The position numbers and the translations under genes are program-made. 40,408 nt of DNA from Oscillospiraceae bacterium (GTDB lineage Bacteria > Bacillota > Clostridia > Oscillospirales > UBA929). The stretch covers positions 1-40,408 of the forward strand of contig JAISVO010000041.1 of the NCBI GenBank assembly GCA_031271525.1, given 5' to 3'. The notes under the pieces are model-generated. The model was given only the letters and a program-made list of their open reading frames with translations. It did no database searches and was not told where the DNA came from. Below are positions 35,417 to 40,408 of the stretch, piece after piece. The first letter of the stretch is position 1; every line of letters starts with the position of its first letter.

Positions 35417-35437
35417 GCATACGCAGGGAGTGAGGTA

Positions 35438-36403
35438 ATGGCGGCAAAGGACCATTTGATTCCCCTTTTGGAACAGAACCGGGACAGGTTCCTCTCCGGA
35501 CAGGAGATTGCAAAAAAACTCGGCGTCACAAGAGCCGCCGTATGGAAAGCCGTGCGGCTGATGGAACGGGACGGGTATGTCGTCGAGGCGGTGACCAACC
35601 GGGGTTACCGTTTGGCTCCGGAGAGCGGGGTGTTCTCGGCGCAGGCGGTGGCGGCGCTGCTGCCCGAGGGGCTTGCGGACGTGCGTGTCTACCCCTCGCT
35701 GGATTCCAGCAATAATAAGGCAAAAGAACTGGCTGCCGCCGGCTGCCCTCATGGGACGGCGGTTTTCGCGGCGACACAGACCGGCGGACGGGGACGGTAC
35801 GGGCGCGCCTTCGCCTCCCCCGCCGGAGGGATGTATCTGTCGGTAGTGCTGCGGGTGGGAGAACTGCCCGAGACAGAAACGCTGACCGCCGCCGCCGCCG
35901 TATCGGTGTGCCGCGCGGTCGAAAGCGTTACCGGGCGGGAGCCGCAGATCAAATGGGTCAACGACGTCTTGCTGGACGGCAAGAAAGTCTGCGGGATCCT
36001 GAGCGAAGCGGTGAGCGACTTGGAAAGCGGCGGGATCGAATGGGTCGTCGTCGGGGTGGGGATCAACATCACGCCTGACGGACTTCCCGAGGAGTTGCTC
36101 CCGATCGCGGCGGCGCTCTTCCCCAAAGAACCGGGCGGCTTGGTCCGGACCCGGCTTGCCGCCGAGCTGCTGAAAAACATATTGCCCCGCCCGATGTCGG
36201 GCGAGGCGATGATCGCAGAGTATAAACGGCGTCTGACCACTCTGGGGCGGGATGTGACGGTGCACGCTCCGGACGGCGCGTACGCGGCGTTCGCCGAAGA
36301 CCTCGACGAACGCTGCCGGCTGACCGTGCGCCTCCCAGACGGGACGAGGCGTGTCCTGACCGGCGGCGAAGTGTCGGTGAAGCTGGCAAACAACAATCAG
36401 TAA
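35438..36403 (+). CDS. birA: Bifunctional biotin-protein ligase / biotin operon repressor BirA
   Basis: N-terminal winged HTH (LSGQEIAKKLGVTRAAVWKAVRLMERDGY), ligase motif GGRGRYGRAFASPAGG, KWVNDVLLDGKKVCGIL, and a C-terminal SH3-like tail. Confidence 0.93.
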   Translation: MAAKDHLIPLLEQNRDRFLSGQEIAKKLGVTRAAVWKAVRLMERDGYVVEAVTNRGYRLAPESGVFSAQAVAALLPEGLADVRVYPSLDSSNNKAKELAAAGCPHGTAVFAATQTGGRGRYGRAFASPAGGMYLSVVLRVGELPETETLTAAAAVSVCRAVESVTGREPQIKWVNDVLLDGKKVCGILSEAVSDLESGGIEWVVVGVGINITPDGLPEELLPIAAALFPKEPGGLVRTRLAAELLKNILPRPMSGEAMIAEYKRRLTTLGRDVTVHAPDGAYAAFAEDLDERCRLTVRLPDGTRRVLTGGEVSVKLANNNQ

Positions 36404-36427
36404 AGATAACAGATGACTGTCTGCCAG

Positions 36428-36448
36428 CCGCCGCATGGCGGTTTTTTT
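36428..36448 (+). terminator. Intrinsic terminator after birA
   Basis: CCGCC-gcat-GGCGG followed by TTTTTTT (36442-36448), 25 nt after the stop. Confidence 0.7.
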
Positions 36449-36533
36449 GCGTTGCCAAGGGTTAATGCCCGCATAATCTGTCCACACTCAGAATAGGGTT
36501 AATTTACCAAAGATGAAGGGGGAAGGATAGGCT

Positions 36534-36743
36534 ATGCCGACTGCCAAGAAAACCGTTTCGGAACGGGAAGAACTGCTTGAGGAACTGTACGACACACAGT
36601 TGCGGCTGCGGAATGCCAACGCACGTTTCAACGAGGTCTCACAGCCGGAGCTGATCGAGTCCTGCGTGTTTGAAATCAACGCTCTGAAGGCGAGGCACGC
36701 CTATTATATGCGGGTGCTGCGCGAAGCCGGTGAGGTATCGTGA
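36534..36743 (+). CDS. yaaL: YaaL/DUF2508 family protein
   Basis: 69 aa helical protein. ...SQPELIESCVFEINALKARHAYYMRVLREAG fits the DUF2508 pattern. It lies directly upstream of bofA, as in Bacillus subtilis. Confidence 0.7.
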   Translation: MPTAKKTVSEREELLEELYDTQLRLRNANARFNEVSQPELIESCVFEINALKARHAYYMRVLREAGEVS

Positions 36744-36928
36744 AAAAAAAAGCATGGAAGGTCATCCTGCATATTTTGCTGGGTTTTGCCGCCCTGTTTC
36801 TCTTCAACGCCGTCGGGGGACGGTGGGGGCTGGGGATCGGGTTAAACGCCGTCAACGCCTGTACTGTCGGGGTGCTGGGGGTTTGCGGCTTCGCCCTGCT
36901 CCTGATCCTGCAAACAATGTCCCAATGA
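36740..36928 (+). CDS. bofA: Pro-sigma-K processing inhibitor BofA
   Basis: 62 aa with two TM segments. LLGFAALFLFNAVGGRWGLGIGLNAVNACTVGVLGVCGFALLLIL matches BofA. GTG start overlaps the yaaL stop (GTGA). Confidence 0.72.
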   Translation: MKKKAWKVILHILLGFAALFLFNAVGGRWGLGIGLNAVNACTVGVLGVCGFALLLILQTMSQ

Positions 36929-36941
36929 AGGAGGAGGAACG

Positions 36942-38141
36942 ATGCGCGGTGCCACGCCTGTCTGGAAACGCGGTCTCGCCGCCGCGCTGAGGCCGATTCT
37001 GCTGTCCCTCCTCGCTCTCGCGGGCGTCTGGGCCGCCCTCGCAATCCGTGACGGGGCCGCTCTCTCCTTCCGATTCGGCACGGAGGCTTTTTTCGATGCC
37101 GAGACGCTGCTCTCGCTGGGGTCGCCCCTTCTCGCCCGCCGAACCGCCGAACCCGAGCCGCTTGAGCCGCCCGAACCGATCCGGTCCGAACCGGGCGAAA
37201 GCGGCGATAACGAGCCGCCCGAGATGGTGCCCACCCTCGCGCCGTATATGACGCCGGAGTTGTCGGCGGAGGAGCCGCCCTCACAGAAGATTGAGTTCTG
37301 GGACGACCGCGTTTGGTCGATACCCAGCGAGGCCGATCCGAAAGCCCGCCCGGTGCGGGAGATTACTCTGCTGCCGATGAACGGGGACGAATACCTTACC
37401 GACGGGACGGTGACAGTCAACAACGACACCCGGTATACCTTGGACATCCCGGCCCTGCTGGAGCGTACGTCCAAGCTGATCCCCGGAGAGGAGGGGCCGC
37501 AGATTCTGCTGATCCACACCCACGGTTCCGAGAGTTTCCTGCCCGACGAACGGGATTTTTACATACCCACCGACATCGAGCGGACCGAGGACACCCGGTA
37601 TAATGTCGTCCGGATTGGCGACGAGATTGAGGCGCGCCTCACCGAAATAGGGCTGGGCGTCGTCCATGACCGCACGATCTACGATTACCCAACCTTCAGC
37701 GACTCTTATGTGCGCTCGCTCAGCAGTATCCAAACCTATATTGAGCAGTACCCAACCATTCAAGTGGTGCTGGACATACACCGCGACTCGATCTCCCAAG
37801 CGGACGGGACAGCGTATAAGCCGGTCTGCGAGAGTGAATACGGCAAAACCGCGCAGCTGATGTTTGTCGCCGGGAGCGACGATATGGGTCTGCCCCATGA
37901 CAACTGGCGGGACAATCTCGCTTTCGCGGCGCAATTACAAAGACGGCTGCTTGCGGCCTGCCCCACCCTGATGCGCCCGATCCATCTGCGGGAGGAACGT
38001 TTCAACCAGCACGCGACCCCCGGGTCGCTGATCCTTGAGGTCGGCACCGCCGCGAACACCCTGACCGAAGCGCTCCGCGCCGCCAATTTATTCTGCGACG
38101 CTGTCGGGGAGTACTTACTGCAATTGACAACACATCATTAA
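36942..38141 (+). CDS. spoIIP: Stage II sporulation protein P
   Basis: 399 aa. N-terminal TM and an acidic/Pro-rich linker, then ILLIHTHGSESF, DIHRDS, AQLMFVAGSD...NWRDNLAFAAQL, FNQHATPGSLILEVGTAANTLTEA, which is the SpoIIP amidase-like domain. GGAGGAGGA SD. Confidence 0.88.
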   Translation: MRGATPVWKRGLAAALRPILLSLLALAGVWAALAIRDGAALSFRFGTEAFFDAETLLSLGSPLLARRTAEPEPLEPPEPIRSEPGESGDNEPPEMVPTLAPYMTPELSAEEPPSQKIEFWDDRVWSIPSEADPKARPVREITLLPMNGDEYLTDGTVTVNNDTRYTLDIPALLERTSKLIPGEEGPQILLIHTHGSESFLPDERDFYIPTDIERTEDTRYNVVRIGDEIEARLTEIGLGVVHDRTIYDYPTFSDSYVRSLSSIQTYIEQYPTIQVVLDIHRDSISQADGTAYKPVCESEYGKTAQLMFVAGSDDMGLPHDNWRDNLAFAAQLQRRLLAACPTLMRPIHLREERFNQHATPGSLILEVGTAANTLTEALRAANLFCDAVGEYLLQLTTHH

Positions 38142-38278
38142 CAAGGGACAGCGGTTGGATGGGGGTGACCTATGACATCCAATCGGTAACAGTGAAGCCT
38201 TCGATCCGCTGAAATTTGCATGTTGGAGATATAGCTAACGAACTGTACAGCCAGAGTGAGATATGCTATACCAGAGAC

Positions 38279-38406
38279 ATGTCATACAGTGAGGATTATT
38301 GGAAAAGAGTCAATGCGAGTCAATTGAATATCTGGACGAAGGTCACATATGGGAGGAAGCCCGCAAGACCTTCACAATCAGCATTAAGTTTACGCAAGAT
38401 AAATAG
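38279..38406 (+). pseudogene. Frameshifted N-terminal HTH fragment of an IS630-like transposase
   Basis: ATG 38279 gives MSYSEDYWKRVNAS. Shifting frame at 38320 gives SIEYLDEGHIWEEARKTFTISIKFTQDK then a stop. Together these resemble the MSYSxDxRKRVIxYxxEGxSxxEAxKxFxIS N-termini of IS630-type transposases. No DDE domain follows. Confidence 0.4.
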
Positions 38407-38556
38407 AATGCCTTTAACTTGGTTAACGTCTTCAAAAAGTCAATTGACATAAAATTATCCGTGTCCCGCATTTTGTTTGCCAATCACCTTGACTGCTCCA
38501 TGCTGACGCGCTTTTTGGGTGGCAGGCTGCAAAACTAGGGCGTGTTGACGCAAATT

Positions 38557-38751
38557 TAGCCAGATGATTACAAAGGCGAACTGGATCAACGCAAGGAACA
38601 TAACATCTGCTTTGTCGTAGCGAGTACACACTTTTCTAAATTCTTTCAATCTTCGAAAAAGGCGCTCCACGACATTCTGCCGCTTATACTTTTCTTTATC
38701 GTATTCCCGAGGGTTTTTGCGGTTTTTCCTTCGGCGGAACAATTGGCTCAT
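38557..38751 (-). pseudogene. C-terminal fragment of an IS5-family (IS427/IS1031-like) DDE transposase
   Basis: ...RKNRKNPREYDKEKYKRQNVVERLFRRLKEFRKVCTRYDKADVMFLALIQFAFVIIWL matches the conserved IS5-family C-terminus (YKxRNxVERxFxxLKxFRxIxTRYDK...IWL). The upstream catalytic region is absent. The rest of ORF 38455-38946 is non-homologous read-through. Confidence 0.65.
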
Positions 38752-39033
38752 GCCTCGATGTGGGGAAACTACAACGTTTTGGTAATTTTCAGGGTATTTA
38801 CTCGTTTTATCTTGCATTTCGCCTGTTGCCACTGCAAAAATAGCGCAAAAACCACTCCGCTTCACTGCTTCTGAACGTAGTAGAAGCCCGGAAGTCTTGC
38901 AATTGAAAGACTTCCGGGCTTGAAAGCTTTCTATCAACACCTCCATTTACTTTTGACGGATTTGCCGATTATTAGATATGTGTGTTTCTTATATTGCCCG
39001 AGTTTTATAGAGCGAACCAATTACGCAGTATGC

Positions 39034-39654
39034 TTATTTGCGGCTGTATGATTGGTCGTTAAAACGGGATATTACACGCTTAGCGCCGAATTCCGATGCC
39101 TCTTCGCGCATGAATGTTATGCCCCCCGAAGTTCCCCACATACCGCATTTATTAAGAACATCAACGTCCAAGCCAAGCCATAGCATATTAAATATACCTA
39201 AAGAGATTCCGTGAGCGACAATAATTATGTTTTCTTCTTTACGAGTCATTATCTCTCTTAAGAACTCAAAGAGACGATTCCAAACATCTCTCATCGACTC
39301 TGCGTCCGGATAGGATTTATCATCGATGGTTTTCATTGGCCCTTGGAATATTTTTCGAGATTCTTCTTTTGATACTCCGTTGGCAGCACCGCAACTTATT
39401 TCTCTCAACGCGGCGGTCAATATTGGTTCAATGCCTAAATGCTTGCCTACATTTTCTGCTGTTTGCTTTGCACGCAGTAGGTCAGACGAGTACATGATAT
39501 ACTTACTGCCATCAATCTCTTTTGCAATATTCTCACCAATTCGATTAGCCTGCTCAAAGCCAAGCTCTGATAAATTCCAATCTCCCTGTCCCCCTATCAT
39601 TCCGTTAACATGGTGAACAGATTGTGTGTGCTGTATTGTGATTATATTTTTCAT
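39034..39654 (-). CDS. Histidine phosphatase (phosphoglycerate mutase-like) family protein
   Basis: Start at ATG 39654 (MKNIITIQHTQSVHHVNG...) after GGGAGG. Motifs: LSELGFEQA, YSSDLLRAKQTA, IIIVAHGISL. The gene is low in G+C. Confidence 0.75.
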   Translation of the reverse strand: MKNIITIQHTQSVHHVNGMIGGQGDWNLSELGFEQANRIGENIAKEIDGSKYIMYSSDLLRAKQTAENVGKHLGIEPILTAALREISCGAANGVSKEESRKIFQGPMKTIDDKSYPDAESMRDVWNRLFEFLREIMTRKEENIIIVAHGISLGIFNMLWLGLDVDVLNKCGMWGTSGGITFMREEASEFGAKRVISRFNDQSYSRK

Positions 39655-39780
39655 CCTACGCCTCCCGATAATATTAAATACTCTGTGTCCGCAAAGCCCG
39701 CTCATGCTTTCAAATACATATTACCACAAAAAATGAAAGAAGCCAATCGTTTTCGCGACAGGCTTCCTTATGGGGAATTA

Positions 39781-39857
39781 TGGTACACCCGGCGGGATTC
39801 GAACCCACGGCCTTCAGAGTCGGAGTCTGACACTCTATCCATCTGAGCTACGGGTGC
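39781..39857 (-). tRNA. tRNA-Arg (anticodon CCG), encoded CCA
   Basis: Reverse complement GCACCCGTAGCTCAGATGGATAGAGTGTCAGACTCCGACTCTGAAGGCCGTGGGTTCGAATCCCGCCGGGTGTACCA. The cloverleaf has a G1-U72 pair, anticodon stem TCAGA/TCTGA with loop CTCCGAC, and a GTGGG-TTCGAAT-CCCGC T-arm. Confidence 0.9.
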
Positions 39858-40310
39858 ATTTTCAAACTCGCTTCAGGTTCTCCAAACCATTGATATTGCC
39901 TGAGGGTTAGGTTCTTTCTGAAAAAGCGTTTTTCAAAAAGGTGTTAGATTTTTCTGAAAAAGTTTGTTAGGCTCGAACCATTTTGTACGTGGGTATACTA
40001 CAGTATTCTCGATGGTTTGTCAACCCTTATTTCAAGAGCGGGAGTTACCACCGCAGGAGTTTGGAAACTTTCTTCCATGCGCTGATTTGCTCACTGTCCT
40101 CGTTGACTGTGAAAACCTGTTCTCATTTGTATACCCACCTGAAACGCCTATGAGAACAGGTTCTAAAACCGCGCATCTACAGCAACGCCCCATTTTGGCC
40201 ATCTTGGCCATCATGTAATTATGTTACCGCAACAAAACGAAACCTGTGATATACTTATTTGGGGGAATGTATACCCTCGTGACAAATATAATACTTAGGA
40301 GGTCTTCCTT

Positions 40311-40408
40311 GTGAAAAACCTGAAAGTTTCCGCGAAGCTGATCGTCAGTTTCCTGATCGTCATCGTTTTTTCCATTCTTGTCGGTATTATCGGCATTTAC
40401 GGCATGGC
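40311..40408 (+). CDS. Methyl-accepting chemotaxis protein, N-terminal fragment (runs off the window)
   Basis: GTG 40311 lies 8 nt after AGGAGG. VKNLKVSAKLIVSFLIVIVFSILVGIIGIYGM is a typical MCP N-terminal TM segment. Confidence 0.6.
   Translation, partial: MKNLKVSAKLIVSFLIVIVFSILVGIIGIYGM

Noticed and set aside
35278-35437. BirA operator in the oadA/birA divergent region
   Set aside because: No inverted repeat of the TGTnAAC-N(14-16)-GTTnACA type is present. Only a short CCGGCA/TGCCGG palindrome and AT-rich partial symmetry are seen, so no operator is claimed.
35282-36487. 401-aa ORF antisense to birA
   Set aside because: An Arg/Pro/Gly-rich shadow frame that spans the intergenic promoter region and the birA terminator. 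birA on the plus strand has all its diagnostic motifs.
38142-38230. Search for a direct repeat of the tRNA-Arg 3' end (att site) at the far boundary of the low-GC islet
   Set aside because: By eye I found only a trivial TTCGAnCC resemblance at about 38196-38203. There is no convincing att duplicate, so the islet boundaries remain undefined.
38455-38946. Full 163-aa ORF as an intact small transposase
   Set aside because: Only residues about 66-130 resemble the IS5-family C-terminus. The N-terminal part runs through a 15-bp hairpin and the C-terminal 33 residues are read-through past the usual ...IWL end. No DDE catalytic region is present.
39964-40218. 84-aa ORF (TTG start) and antisense 60-aa ORF in the AT-rich region after tRNA-Arg
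   Set aside because: No SD, odd composition, and both span a 13-bp hairpin and tandem 9-mers. They are more likely non-coding repeats.

Overview
This window is a high-G+C chromosomal segment from a spore-forming Firmicute. The gene order looks Clostridia/Oscillospirales-like, but no taxon can be proven without a database search. Most of it is ordinary core genome.

Gene content, left to right:
- The left end holds the 5' part of a large gene, then hisF-hisH, mutS2, recO and era. An inserted Gfo/Idh/MocA oxidoreductase and a small membrane protein follow, then dgkA-ybeY-phoH-yqfD-yqfC, all on the minus strand.
- On the plus strand come a tandem-OB SSB-like gene, an Fe-S aldo/keto reductase, a COG2426 membrane protein and recD2-comF.
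- Back on the minus strand are the str operon (rpsL-rpsG-fusA-tuf), tRNA-Ser and secG.
- On the plus strand, infC-rpmI-rplT has an L20-leader-type attenuator.
- Next are a methyl-accepting chemotaxis protein (MCP) on the minus strand and an HTH-only MerR fragment.
- A tightly coupled minus-strand operon follows: GT39 (PMT-like), PHP phosphoesterase, lipoprotein and B12/radical SAM.
- Then a split Na+-translocating biotin decarboxylase (oadA, oadG, biotin carrier, oadB) sits opposite a divergent birA.
- yaaL-bofA-spoIIP follows.
- The right end is a visibly low-G+C islet with two IS transposase fragments, a histidine-phosphatase gene and tRNA-Arg(CCG). After it comes the start of a second MCP.

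I found no CRISPR array, rRNA, prophage, defence cassette or intact mobile element. The most unusual item is the GT39-PHP-lipoprotein-radical SAM operon at 26.5-31.8 kb. It could be a self-contained envelope protein glycosylation or modification module, but its novelty cannot be verified without a search. The other findings are modest: a tRNA-linked low-GC scar, the truncated MerR with a 19-bp-spacer promoter, the tandem-OB protein, structured leaders and spacers, and many non-AUG starts. Several ORF-track starts were moved to internal starts that have Shine-Dalgarno (SD) support. Many long ORFs in the track are antisense shadow frames typical of high-GC DNA.
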